50,055 bases of DNA from Alphaproteobacteria bacterium (GTDB lineage Bacteria > Pseudomonadota > Alphaproteobacteria > Rs-D84 > SZUA-605). Below, in pieces: positions 10,861 through 19,585 of the stretch. The notes below the pieces were generated by a model. It was not told the DNA's origin, ran no database searches, and saw only the letters and a list, made by a program, of their open reading frames with translations. The stretch spans positions 1-50,055 of the forward strand of contig QKJL01000008.1 in NCBI GenBank assembly GCA_003250835.1, read 5' to 3'. The position numbers were made by a program, and so were the translations under genes. Each line of letters begins with the position of its first letter. The first letter of the stretch is position 1.

Positions 10861-10971
10861 ATGATTACATATGAGACGGTGGGAAAGCATGTTTTTAAAC
10901 CACCGAGATCAGCAGCTAAGGTCTTATCTATTCGCTTTCAAATAGAACCGATGCTCTGGACTGATTTATAG
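10861..10971 (+). CDS. Candidate 36-aa ORF in an orphan transcription unit
   Basis: An ATG is preceded by ggggaaag. The ORF encodes MITYETVGKHVFKPPRSAAKVLSIRFQIEPMLWTDL. It lies between the consensus promoter and the terminator at 11027-11061. I recognised no family, so it could be an sRNA or a gene remnant instead. Confidence 0.25.
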   Translation: MITYETVGKHVFKPPRSAAKVLSIRFQIEPMLWTDL

Positions 10972-11026
10972 TGTATCCATCTGATCAATGGCTATGTTGT
11001 AAATGTACAGTGGTACCCAACTTTAT

Positions 11027-11061
11027 TAAAAAAAAAGGCTTCCTATTGGAAGCCTTTTTTT
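11027..11061. terminator. Bidirectional terminator (thyA and the orphan unit)
   Basis: The sequence aaaaaaaaAGGCTTCCtattGGAAGCCTttttttt forms the hairpin. The tract abuts the thyA stop codon. Confidence 0.8.
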
Positions 11062-11926
11062 ATACAGCCATATCGGCTTTGATTGGATCGTGGTGTTGAT
11101 AATTTTCTAATTTGATATCATCCATTGTAAAATCTTCGATATTTTTACATTCTGGATTCAACCATAATGTTGGTAATTCAAGTGGTTCACGTTCTACTTG
11201 GATCTTTACTTGATCAAAGTGATTGTGATAGATATGTGCATCACCTAGTGTGTGTACAAAATCGCCTGGTTTTAATCCACATACTTGTGCCAACATACAT
11301 GTTAATAATGCGTAGCTTGCGATGTTAAATGGTACGCCTAGGAACATATCGCATGAGCGTTGGTATAATTGACAAGATAGTTTTCCATTTACTACATAAA
11401 ATTGTGCAAAGCAGTGACATGGAGGAAGTGCCATTTTATCAAGTTCACCAGGGTTCCATGCGGTTAAGATAATACGGCGATCACCTGGGTTATTTTTAAT
11501 TGTATTGATAATGTCTGCGATTTGATCCACTTTTGTGCCATCAGGTGCTGTCCAATCACGCCATTGTACTCCATATACACGTCCAAGGTCACCATCAAAT
11601 TTTGCTTTTGGTTTCCAATAATCTGCTTGGGCATTTGCTGTCCAGATTGTTTTTTTATCTGTTAATTCTTCGCGTGGTTTGCCGTATAAGATTTCAGCAA
11701 GGCGACGTTCGTCTCCTGATCCTTCTAGGAACCAAAGAAGTTCTGATGTTACAGATTTCATTGCGAGTTTTTTTGTTGTGAGGGCTGGAAATTTTTCTGA
11801 AAGGTCAAAACGCATCTGGCATCCGAAAATTCCTCTGGTATCAATTCCTGTTCGATTACTTTTATCTTCCCCTTCGTTCATAATTTGGATGAGAAGATCG
11901 TTATAGGCTTTATCGGCTGCATTCAT
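11060..11926 (-). CDS. thyA: Thymidylate synthase
   Basis: The active-site region reads RRIILTAWNPGELDKMALPPCHCFAQFYV. The C-terminus is ...PIKADMAV. Confidence 0.95.
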   Translation of the reverse strand: MNAADKAYNDLLIQIMNEGEDKSNRTGIDTRGIFGCQMRFDLSEKFPALTTKKLAMKSVTSELLWFLEGSGDERRLAEILYGKPREELTDKKTIWTANAQADYWKPKAKFDGDLGRVYGVQWRDWTAPDGTKVDQIADIINTIKNNPGDRRIILTAWNPGELDKMALPPCHCFAQFYVVNGKLSCQLYQRSCDMFLGVPFNIASYALLTCMLAQVCGLKPGDFVHTLGDAHIYHNHFDQVKIQVEREPLELPTLWLNPECKNIEDFTMDDIKLENYQHHDPIKADMAV

Positions 11927-11928
11927 TT

Positions 11929-12498
11929 TTATTCTCCTTTTGCTTTTTCCTTTAATTCTTGATAGGTTGGGTTTTCCTTATAGCTCTCTCTTAAGTTTTT
12001 CTTGATCCAGATGTATGTTTTTACATCGTCGATTTCATTAATGTATTCTTTGAAATAGTGTTGTTCTAATTGTGCAACAGGATCAGTTACATAGATATAG
12101 CCTTCTTCAGGGCTATGTTGATCAAATGAATGGTTGTATACACAATCTACGACAAAATCTGGGCGTTTTGTTTCATCTTCTAAGAATAATTTATAAATCA
12201 TTCCACCGCCACAAATGTATCCGTATCCGTCCATTGTTTTTAAATCGTCAAATGTTACAACAGAATGCATTGATGGATCAGTTAGGTTTAGGCTTGGATT
12301 AAGTGATAGGATGAGAATTTTTCGATTTGGAAGGGTGCGGTTTGGAAGACTGTCATATGTTTTTTCGCCAACGATGATTGTTTTGTGTGATGTAATGCGT
12401 TTGAATCGTTGAAAGTCTGATGAAATTCGCCATGGAATATCATTTTGATGTCCGATAATATTATTGAGGTTTCTACACCAGATCGCAATTGTTTTCAC
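11929..12498 (-). CDS. folA: Dihydrofolate reductase
   Basis: It contains IIGHQNDIPWRISSDFQRFKRIT...TIIVGEKTYDSLP. The start is GTG. It sits 2 nt upstream of thyA. Confidence 0.85.
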   Translation of the reverse strand: MKTIAIWCRNLNNIIGHQNDIPWRISSDFQRFKRITSHKTIIVGEKTYDSLPNRTLPNRKILILSLNPSLNLTDPSMHSVVTFDDLKTMDGYGYICGGGMIYKLFLEDETKRPDFVVDCVYNHSFDQHSPEEGYIYVTDPVAQLEQHYFKEYINEIDDVKTYIWIKKNLRESYKENPTYQELKEKAKGE

Positions 12499-12603
12499 GT
12501 CTTCTATCCTTTCCTTTCAGAATCTATCTTAATGATTTTTTTCTTAAAAACAATAGGGGGTGATTTTTTCATTCTAACTCTTTGAAAATAAAAGTTTTCG
12601 CAC

Positions 12604-12632
12604 TTGCTCTTTGGCTTCAAATGCGTTATAAT
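12604..12632 (+). promoter_or_regulatory. Putative promoter TTGCTC-17-TATAAT
   Basis: The hexamers and spacing were read directly. It lies 18 nt upstream of the 12650 ORF. Confidence 0.45.
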
Positions 12633-12649
12633 GAGGGAAAGATGAAGAA

Positions 12650-13870
12650 ATGGAGAGAGATTTCTTAATGTTGAATAAAATGTTTAAATTATTGATTATC
12701 ATCAGTTCTTTTGTGGCTAGTGGTGCGGCAGAGGCTTATGTTTATACGGGGTCTGTGAAGTCGCCGTATGCTGTGCAAAGCTCAACGGGGATTTATTCTC
12801 ATCAAGCTGGTGTGTATGGTCGTCGTCGTATTGTGGCGGTAAGTAAGGAAGATTGTACCTATCAAATCAAACTTTGTTTAGATGAATATTGCTATGACGA
12901 ATATGATGGTTATAAAAACTGTCAAAAGAATACTTTGACCGATTTTCATGGTGTTGTTGATACATGTTTAGGGGCATTGTCTTCTCAAAGTGATCGTTAC
13001 AGTTATGCCAATGGTTGTTTAGCTTATCGTGATAGTGCGATTAATTCTTATTTAAAGCAAATGAAACAATTTCAACGTTACCACCGTTCTTTAGAAGAAT
13101 GTGAAGTGGCGGAAGATGAATTACGTGCGGCTCAGAAATGTTATGGAATTGCAATTTCAAAAGGTGGTGCATGGTCTAAGAATTTAAAAGAAACACTTGT
13201 AAAAGCATGTGGTGAAGAAGTTCCTGGTGGATCTGAATTGATGGTTGAAGAATTTTTTAATGCTGGATATATGGGTGCTGATTGGGCTGGATGGGCTGCT
13301 AATTTTGGTACACTTAATATGACAGGTAAGAAAGAAGGTTGGCAAGAAATGGTTGATGCAACGCTGGCGCGTTATATTGATCAACGTAAAGTTGCTTGTG
13401 GTGAAGGTGAATATACTGTGTCTCAGATGGGTGAAAAATCAAGTGAATTGAAATCATCAGGGGATGCTTTACGTACTGGAATGGTAATGGCAATTGTTGC
13501 TAATTCTGAAAAGAAAGCTGCGGAAGCTGATACAGTTGGTCAAGTACATGTTGTTGATGGTTCAGTGGTAACTGCTTATTTTGGCGATGAAGATGCTACT
13601 ACAATTGCGATGGATATTGGAACAGCTTTAGCTCATGAAGCACGTGGTAATGATGGTAATGCGTATGTTAAAGGTATGGGTGATGCTTTACCAAGTTCAA
13701 TTTCAAATGGTGATGTAATTGTATTTGATAATAATAAAGGTCAATGCTATGTATTCCAAGTAATGGATGTAGAAGGGGCTTTGGTAAAAGAATTAACGAA
13801 TTCAAAACTTCGTAAGTTGGGTAAAAAGAATCCTTATTTAGAGGCTGCTCGTCAACGTTGTTACAAGTAA
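12650..13870 (+). CDS. Secreted Cys-rich protein of unknown family (406 aa)
   Basis: It has a signal peptide (...VASGAAEA). Many Cys lie in the first 200 aa. I recognised no family. Confidence 0.7.
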   Translation: MERDFLMLNKMFKLLIIISSFVASGAAEAYVYTGSVKSPYAVQSSTGIYSHQAGVYGRRRIVAVSKEDCTYQIKLCLDEYCYDEYDGYKNCQKNTLTDFHGVVDTCLGALSSQSDRYSYANGCLAYRDSAINSYLKQMKQFQRYHRSLEECEVAEDELRAAQKCYGIAISKGGAWSKNLKETLVKACGEEVPGGSELMVEEFFNAGYMGADWAGWAANFGTLNMTGKKEGWQEMVDATLARYIDQRKVACGEGEYTVSQMGEKSSELKSSGDALRTGMVMAIVANSEKKAAEADTVGQVHVVDGSVVTAYFGDEDATTIAMDIGTALAHEARGNDGNAYVKGMGDALPSSISNGDVIVFDNNKGQCYVFQVMDVEGALVKELTNSKLRKLGKKNPYLEAARQRCYK

Positions 13871-13894
13871 ATTCATTATAAATTAAATTTAAAA

Positions 13895-13927
13895 TAGATC
13901 CTTTTATGTATGAGGATCTATTTTTTT
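13895..13927 (+). terminator. Rho-independent terminator
   Basis: TAGATCCT-tttatgtatg-AGGATCTA forms the hairpin, followed by ttttttt. Confidence 0.75.
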
Positions 13928-14000
13928 ATAAGGGTTATCCTTTTTCTTGAATTTTTTCATGAATTTTATTATACTTTTAGAAAAATAAAAGGAATTACGT

Positions 14001-15093
14001 ATGAGTGATGTGCAAGCAAAATTATCTTTAATGGATCAATATTTATCTGATATCCGAGGGTGTCTTTGACCTGGGCGCTGCACGTCAACGTTTGTCTGAA
14101 TTAGAAGTTCAAGCAAATAATCCTGATTTATGGTTGGATCAAGTTAAGGCTCAGGCTGTTTTAAAAGAAAAGAAACAACTTGACGATACTTTGTCTTCTT
14201 TTCATATTCTTTCTGAACGTTTGTCTGATTTACATGAAATGGTTTCGATGATTGATGAAGATGCTGATTTGATGGCAGAATTTTCGCGTGAAATGATTTT
14301 GTTAGAACAAGATTTAGAAGTGGCTCGTACAGAAGCTGTGTTTTCTGGGGAGGCTGATTCCGATGATGCATATTTAGAAATTCATTCAGGTGCTGGTGGT
14401 ACTGAATCATGTGATTGGGCAGAAATATTACAACGTATGTATATGCGTTATGCGGAGCGTCGTGGATTTAAAGTTGAGCTTTTGGAAGAACATAAGGGTG
14501 AAGAAGCTGGGATTAAATCGTGTACTCTTTTAATTAAAGGTGTCAATGTTTATGGTTGGTTAAAGAGTGAGAGTGGCGTTCATCGTTTGGTGCGTATATC
14601 TCCTTTTGACAGTGGTGCGCGTCGTCATACTTCTTTTGCAAGTGTTTGGGTATATCCTCAGGTTGATCAGGATATTGAAATTGAGATTGATCCAAGTGAT
14701 GTGCGTTTGGATACCTATCGTGCCTCTGGGGCAGGTGGGCAGCACGTGAATAAAACTGATAGTGCTGTGCGTTTAACACATATGCCAACAGGAATTGTTG
14801 TACAGTGTCAAAATGATCGTTCACAGCATCGTAATAAAGAAACAGCGTATAAGATGTTAAAAGCACGTTTATATGAGCTGGAGTTGCGTAAGCAAGAAGC
14901 TGAACGTGATGCGACGAATGCGACTAAGTCAGATATTGGTTGGGGGTCTCAGATCCGTAATTATGTGTTGCAACCTTATCAATTGGTTAAGGATGTGCGA
15001 ACAGGTTTTGAGCATACTAATCCATCAGCTGTATTGGATGGAGAGTTAGAGGGTTTTCTAAAGAGTTATTTGTTGGGTGAAACAAAATCTTAG
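14001..15093 (+). CDS. prfB: Peptide chain release factor 2, with a programmed +1 frameshift at 14064-14070
   Basis: Frame 0 starts at ATG 14001 and ends ...CGA GGG TGT CTT TGA C, with an SD-like GAGGG upstream. The +1 frame continues GAC CTG GGC... in phase with the 14092 ORF. The SPF motif ([13 protein letters not shown]) and the GGQ motif ([16 protein letters not shown]) are both present. Confidence 0.95.
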
Positions 15094-15172
15094 CTTTTCA
15101 CTTTTTACTTGGCTTTTCTCTGTGATTCCTGTAGAATAGAGTTAGGAAATAGAAAAGAAGAGAGGAAGTTTT

Positions 15173-15808
15173 ATGCGTAAAATGCTCGGATTATTGATGA
15201 TGACTGGAATGATGTTAGGTCTTTCCGCATGTAGTTCTGATTGTGATGGGCTGTTTAGCTGTTCATCTGATAGTGCTGATATTGCTTATATTAATCAAGC
15301 AGATCCTCAACGTGCGCCTTATTTAAATGCTCAAACAATGTATAAAATTGATCACCATCCAAAGTATGATGCTTATGGTGCCGTTATTCCGTTGGAAGAA
15401 CGTGAAAAATTACGTGTGGCTGAAAAATGGCGTTCATCACAAGTTAAAACAGATTGGCACCAATATCATGGACATTTGATCCGTGTGGATATGTTACAAA
15501 GTAATCGTGATCTTCGTGAAATGCGTTTACGCTTTTTTCATAGTTCTCATGATGGATACATTAATGGCGGTATTGGACATTCACTTGATCAAGTGGCTCA
15601 ATATGTAATTCGTCAATCATGTGGGCGTAATGCTTCTGATGCTTTGATTGTATATGATCGTCCATCTTCAGAAGTTCAACGACCTTCACCATTTTATGAT
15701 TTTGAAACAGTTGCTAAAGGTGTGTCTGTTCGTGAATATGGGTTCCGTTGTATTTATCCAGATGATGAAGAACGTGGATGGTTGAAAAGTGAAGCTGGTT
15801 GTCGCTAA
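15173..15808 (+). CDS. Lipoprotein of unknown family (211 aa)
   Basis: It has a signal peptide with the lipobox LSAC. I recognised no family. Confidence 0.7.
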   Translation: MRKMLGLLMMTGMMLGLSACSSDCDGLFSCSSDSADIAYINQADPQRAPYLNAQTMYKIDHHPKYDAYGAVIPLEEREKLRVAEKWRSSQVKTDWHQYHGHLIRVDMLQSNRDLREMRLRFFHSSHDGYINGGIGHSLDQVAQYVIRQSCGRNASDALIVYDRPSSEVQRPSPFYDFETVAKGVSVREYGFRCIYPDDEERGWLKSEAGCR

Positions 15809-15886
15809 TCACATCTGCTAAAGAAATTGTTTAAGGTGTGTTAATTTTTAATGCACCTTTTTTAATGAAGAAAGGAAATAAAGAGT

Positions 15887-16450
15887 ATGAGTAAAATTAA
15901 ATCAGTGGCCGTTTTTTGTGGGGCTCAATTTGGTGAAGGAAAAAAATATGAGCATGTAGCCAAAGACCTTGGTAATTTATTGGTAAAACATGGTATTCAA
16001 CTTGTTTATGGTGCTGGTGGAACTGGTTTAATGGGTGTTGTTGCACAGACTGTTTTAGATCAAAAAGGTGATGTGTACGGTGTAACGACAAAAGGTTTGG
16101 CTGAATTTGAACCTCCTTTATCAGGTATTGAATTAGACCTTGTGCCAACTATTCAACAACGTAAACGTATGATGATGGATGCTGCGGATGCTTTTATTGT
16201 TTTGCCTGGTGGTATTGGTACATTAGATGAAATTAGTGAGGTATTAGTGGCACATCAAATAGGGGATCATGATAAACCAATGATTTTGATGAGCATTGAT
16301 GGTTATTTTGAACCTTTTATTAATTTGGTTGATGAAATGATTGAAGAAGAATTTATTTCCGCATCTACTCGTAAACTTTTTAAATATGAATTATGTCATC
16401 GAGTGGATGATGTTTTACCAACATTTAAAAAGATGGGGTATACAGCTTAA
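15887..16450 (+). CDS. LOG family (TIGR00730) nucleotide 5'-monophosphate nucleosidase
   Basis: It contains VFCGA...GGTGLMG and the PGGIGTLDE motif. Confidence 0.85.
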   Translation: MSKIKSVAVFCGAQFGEGKKYEHVAKDLGNLLVKHGIQLVYGAGGTGLMGVVAQTVLDQKGDVYGVTTKGLAEFEPPLSGIELDLVPTIQQRKRMMMDAADAFIVLPGGIGTLDEISEVLVAHQIGDHDKPMILMSIDGYFEPFINLVDEMIEEEFISASTRKLFKYELCHRVDDVLPTFKKMGYTA

Positions 16451-16451
16451 T

Positions 16452-16483
16452 AAAAAAAATCTCACATATGTGAGATTTTTTTA
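16452..16483. terminator. Bidirectional terminator
   Basis: The sequence aaaaaaaATCTCACAtaTGTGAGATttttttt is a perfect palindrome. Confidence 0.8.
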
Positions 16484-16762
16484 TCTAGATCCAATGAGGC
16501 GGCAGACAGTTTCTGCCGTTTCTTTTATTGTTGGAAAGCATCCCATATTTTGGTCTGCGCCTGTTGGCATTCCGATGCAATGTGGTTTGAGTTCTTTGTT
16601 TTTAGATTGGCGATGATAAATCGCTTGTTGGATACCATTGTTGCATTGGATGAACTCCATTGTGAAGCTTGTTCCTTTGATTGGTTGCAGAATATTGGTT
16701 TTTTGCCAAGCAAATGTACTTGAGCTCATTAATATTGTAAAGATAAGTAGTTTTTTCATCAT
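16481..16762 (-). CDS. Small secreted protein with 4 Cys (93 aa)
   Basis: The start is trimmed to MMKKLLIFTILMSSSTFA (a signal peptide). The longer ORF-track start would overlap the 3' end of the tmRNA. Confidence 0.5.
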   Translation of the reverse strand: MMKKLLIFTILMSSSTFAWQKTNILQPIKGTSFTMEFIQCNNGIQQAIYHRQSKNKELKPHCIGMPTGADQNMGCFPTIKETAETVCRLIGSR

Positions 16763-16792
16763 GTGTGTAATTATATCATAAAAAAGGGTAAT

Positions 16793-17100
16793 AAAAAAGG
16801 GGCGTTCTTTTGATAGGTGCCCCAAATCCCTCACTTTATGATAACTAGGTCATAAAGAATTTTCATAAATGTGCTTTTTCGCTAAATTAAGCAGCCAAAG
16901 CTAGTTGACTATTGTCGTTTGCATTTATATTTATTAGAAACTTTAACGATGTTATCATAATCGAACGCAGCTTTGTCTTTTATTGCAGATGTCGAATCTG
17001 TGTCAGCCCCATAGTTATAAATTTGGTGGAGCTGCCCGGTACTGCCCCGGGGTCCATCTTGCCTATTCTGGCAAAGGTTTAGCATCGTAGTCCGAAGACA
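16793..17100 (-). ncRNA. ssrA: Two-piece (circularly permuted) tmRNA
   Basis: Read on the minus strand, the acceptor piece ends ...CCCGG-GGCAGTA-CCGGG-CAGCTCC-A-CCA, with the CCA at 17024-17026. A 13 nt spacer follows. The coding piece then starts GGGGCTGACACAGATTCGAC at 17010. GGGGCTG pairs with CAGCTCC and gives a G3:U70 pair. The tag ORF GCA AAC GAC AAT AGT CAA CTA GCT TTG GCT GCT TAA encodes ANDNSQLALAA (16887-16922). The outer ends are approximate, within about 30 nt. Confidence 0.85.
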
Positions 17101-17105
17101 CCCAT

Positions 17106-17134
17106 AATATAGATCACATATTTTAATAAATCAA
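17106..17134 (-). promoter_or_regulatory. Putative tmRNA promoter TTGATT-17-TATATT
   Basis: The hexamers and 17 nt spacer were read on the minus strand. The -10 element ends about 7 nt before the proposed 5' end of the acceptor piece. Confidence 0.5.
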
Positions 17135-17141
17135 GTTTAAC

Positions 17142-17170
17142 TTGACTTTTTGAGCGAATCAGATTATCTT
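17142..17170 (+). promoter_or_regulatory. Putative rpsP-operon promoter TTGACT-17-TATCTT
   Basis: It is read directly and lies back-to-back with the tmRNA promoter. A GAATC site at 17156-17160 sits in the spacer. Confidence 0.45.
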
Positions 17171-17226
17171 TCACCGTAATTTAATCCCGAATTAATGGTG
17201 TATGTAAGGGTGTGCGGGGCATCCAC

Positions 17227-17260
17227 GGCAAACGGCGAGTCTCGCTCTTTGTCGTTTTTT
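17227..17260 (+). terminator. Terminator-like hairpin plus T-tract inside the rpsP leader (candidate attenuator or sRNA end)
   Basis: GGCAAACGGCGA...TCGCTCTTTGTC gives about 12 pairs, with one mismatch and two G-U pairs. It is followed by gTTTTTT and lies 52 nt before the rpsP ATG. Confidence 0.55.
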
Positions 17261-17312
17261 GCGTATATTTAATTTAAATGTTTCGGCATTTTAATAAAAA
17301 AGGAAATGATTA

Positions 17313-17837
17313 ATGATTAAAATTCGTTTATCACGTCATGGATCAAAAAAACGTCCTTTCTATCATATTGTAGCGGCAGATAGCCGTATGGCACGTGATG
17401 GTCGTTTTATTGAAAAACTTGGTACGTTTAATCCTATGTTGCCAAAAGATGGAGCGCAACGTCTTGTTTGGGATTTAGAACGTGTTAAATATTGGTTGGG
17501 TACTGGTGCTCAAGCTACTGATCGTGTTCATAGCTGGTTGGCTAAAGAAGGATTGGTAAAAGCAAAACCACAAGGCGAACAAACTAAACAACATAAGCCT
17601 AAAGCAAAAGCTGTTCAACGTGCTGAAGAAAAAGCTGCTAAAATAGCAGAAGCTGAAGAAGCTCGTAAAGCAGCCGAAGCTGAAGCAAAAGCAGCAGAAG
17701 AAGCAGCTAAAGAAGCCGCAGCAACTGCAGCAGCTGAAGCGGAAGCAGCACCAGCTGAAGAAGTAACAGAAGAAGCTCCTGTAGCAGAAGAAACTCCTGC
17801 TGAAGAAGTGACTACTGAAGAAAAGGCTGATGCTTAA
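17313..17837 (+). CDS. rpsP: 30S ribosomal protein S16 with a long Ala/Glu/Lys-rich C-terminal tail
   Basis: The N-terminus reads [41 protein letters not shown]. Confidence 0.95.
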   Translation: MIKIRLSRHGSKKRPFYHIVAADSRMARDGRFIEKLGTFNPMLPKDGAQRLVWDLERVKYWLGTGAQATDRVHSWLAKEGLVKAKPQGEQTKQHKPKAKAVQRAEEKAAKIAEAEEARKAAEAEAKAAEEAAKEAAATAAAEAEAAPAEEVTEEAPVAEETPAEEVTTEEKADA

Positions 17838-17839
17838 TT

Positions 17840-18337
17840 ATGACAAATGCTAATCAAAATATTTGTGTTGCTAAGATCCTTTCACCGCATGGTGTTAAAG
17901 GTGGTGTAAAGGTGAAATCTTTTATGGATGATCCTTTGGCTATTTTTGATATCAATCTTGTGGATGAACATGGTACTCTATTTAAATTAAAACAGTACGG
18001 TGGGCATGGGGATACTTTTAATGCAATGATTAAAGGGTATGATGATCGTAATGCTGTTGAATTGTTAAAAGGAACATTATTATATGTTTCACGTGATGAT
18101 TTAGATGCATTAGATGATGAAGATACTTTTTATTACAATGATTTGATTGGATTGTCTGTTAAATCAGGGGATGAAGTTATTGGGACTGTTAAATCAGTTC
18201 AAAATTATGGTGCGGGAGATGTATTGGAAATCAGTACACCACGTGTCGTGAAATTAATTTCATTTCAAGAAGACGCTATTAAGTCTGTTGATTTAGAAAA
18301 TGGGAGTATTGAGATTGATGTCGACCACTTGCTTTAA
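17840..18337 (+). CDS. rimM: 16S rRNA processing protein RimM
   Basis: It contains VAKILSPHGVKGGVKV. It occupies the conserved operon position between rpsP and trmD. Confidence 0.9.
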   Translation: MTNANQNICVAKILSPHGVKGGVKVKSFMDDPLAIFDINLVDEHGTLFKLKQYGGHGDTFNAMIKGYDDRNAVELLKGTLLYVSRDDLDALDDEDTFYYNDLIGLSVKSGDEVIGTVKSVQNYGAGDVLEISTPRVVKLISFQEDAIKSVDLENGSIEIDVDHLL

Positions 18338-19022
18338 TGCACATATTTTAACGCTTTTCCCAGATATGTTTCCAGGTCCTCTGGCACATTCTGTTGTTGG
18401 GCGTGCATTAGATAAAGGTATATGGTCGTTATCAACAACAAATATTCGTGATTTTGCAACAGATAACCATAAGACAGTTGATGATACACCGTATGGTGGT
18501 GGGGCTGGTATGGTAATGCGTGCGGATATTGTGGGACACGCGATTGAAAGTTTGCCACAAGAGGCTAAGAAGACAATTTATTATTTGTCACCTCGTGGAA
18601 AAACTTTGGATCAAGCAAAAGCCAATGAAATTGCCAAAGCAGGTAATGTTACATTACTGTGTGGGCATTATGAAGGGGTGGATGCACGTGTGTTAGATTA
18701 TTATAATGTGGAAGAACTTTCAATTGGAGATTATGTTCTTTCTGGTGGTGAAATTGCGGCTCATGTGGTATTGGATTCAGTAGTACGTTTGTTGCCGGGT
18801 GTTTTAGGATCAGAAGAATCTCTTGTAAATGAAAGTTTTGAAAATTCATTACTTGAACATTCGCATTATACACGTCCACTTGTTTGGAATGGATTATCTG
18901 TTCCTGAGGTTCTTTTATCTGGGCATCATGCTAATATTGATGCGTATAGATTGGAAGAATCGCAAAAGTTAACAGAAGCTCGCCGTCCTGATTTATGGCA
19001 AAAAGCACAAAAAATTAAATAA
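18318..19022 (+). CDS. trmD: tRNA (guanine37-N1)-methyltransferase
   Basis: The motifs ILTLFPDMFPG and PYGGGAGMVM are present. I prefer the ATG at 18318 over the ORF-track start at 18300. Confidence 0.92.
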   Translation: MSTTCFNAHILTLFPDMFPGPLAHSVVGRALDKGIWSLSTTNIRDFATDNHKTVDDTPYGGGAGMVMRADIVGHAIESLPQEAKKTIYYLSPRGKTLDQAKANEIAKAGNVTLLCGHYEGVDARVLDYYNVEELSIGDYVLSGGEIAAHVVLDSVVRLLPGVLGSEESLVNESFENSLLEHSHYTRPLVWNGLSVPEVLLSGHHANIDAYRLEESQKLTEARRPDLWQKAQKIK

Positions 19023-19044
19023 CACAAACAGTTAAGAGGTTATT

Positions 19045-19518
19045 ATGAACTTACTGAAAGTATTTGAAAAAAAGAAAATGGATGCATTAGAATCTAAAAA
19101 AATCCCTCCGTTCAAAGCAGGGGATACAATTAAAGTGCATACAAAAGTTATCGAAGGTAAACGTGAACGTATTCAGATTTTTGAAGGTGTATGTATTGCA
19201 CGTAAAAATAATGGTGTAAATTCTACGTTTACTGTACGTAAAATTTCATTTGGTGAAGGTGTGGAACGTGTGTTCCCATTACACTCACCAAACGTTGAAA
19301 AAATTGAATTGGTACGTGTTGGTAAAGTGCGTCGTGCAAAGTTATATTACTTACGTGAATTAACTGGACGTAAAGCTCGTATTACGGAAGATATTGCGAA
19401 AGCACAAAAAATCCGTGAAGCTGAACGTGAAGCTTCTGCTATTGAAGCGGCTGCACAAGCTAAGGCTGAAGAAGCTGCTACAGCAACTGAAGCTCCTGCT
19501 AAAAAAGACGAAGCTTAA
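19045..19518 (+). CDS. rplS: 50S ribosomal protein L19 with an Ala/Glu-rich tail
   Basis: It contains [33 protein letters not shown]. Confidence 0.95.
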   Translation: MNLLKVFEKKKMDALESKKIPPFKAGDTIKVHTKVIEGKRERIQIFEGVCIARKNNGVNSTFTVRKISFGEGVERVFPLHSPNVEKIELVRVGKVRRAKLYYLRELTGRKARITEDIAKAQKIREAEREASAIEAAAQAKAEEAATATEAPAKKDEA

Positions 19519-19585
19519 TTATTGCGTATTTAATTGTTCTATTGTAAAATAGGAATTCAATTAATTACAAACAAGGAGGTTGAAA

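Noticed and set aside
10880-10930. A possible SRP (4.5S) RNA, suggested by AGCAGCTAAGG resembling the helix-8 AGCAGCCAAGG.
   Set aside because: I could find no GNAR tetraloop, no matching 5' symmetric-loop strand and no closing helix. The local hairpin has a 17-nt loop.
16763-16834. The first 24 codons of the minus-strand ORF 16481-16834.
   Set aside because: They overlap the tmRNA 3' hairpin and T-tract. The signal peptide starts at the internal MMKK (16762), so the CDS was trimmed.
17260-17312. CtrA boxes (TTAA-N7-TTAA), and DnaA boxes near the rpsP, gcrA and ftsK upstream regions.
   Set aside because: Several TTAA half-sites exist in these AT-rich spacers, but none has the N7 spacing. 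I saw no cluster of TTATCCACA-like boxes.
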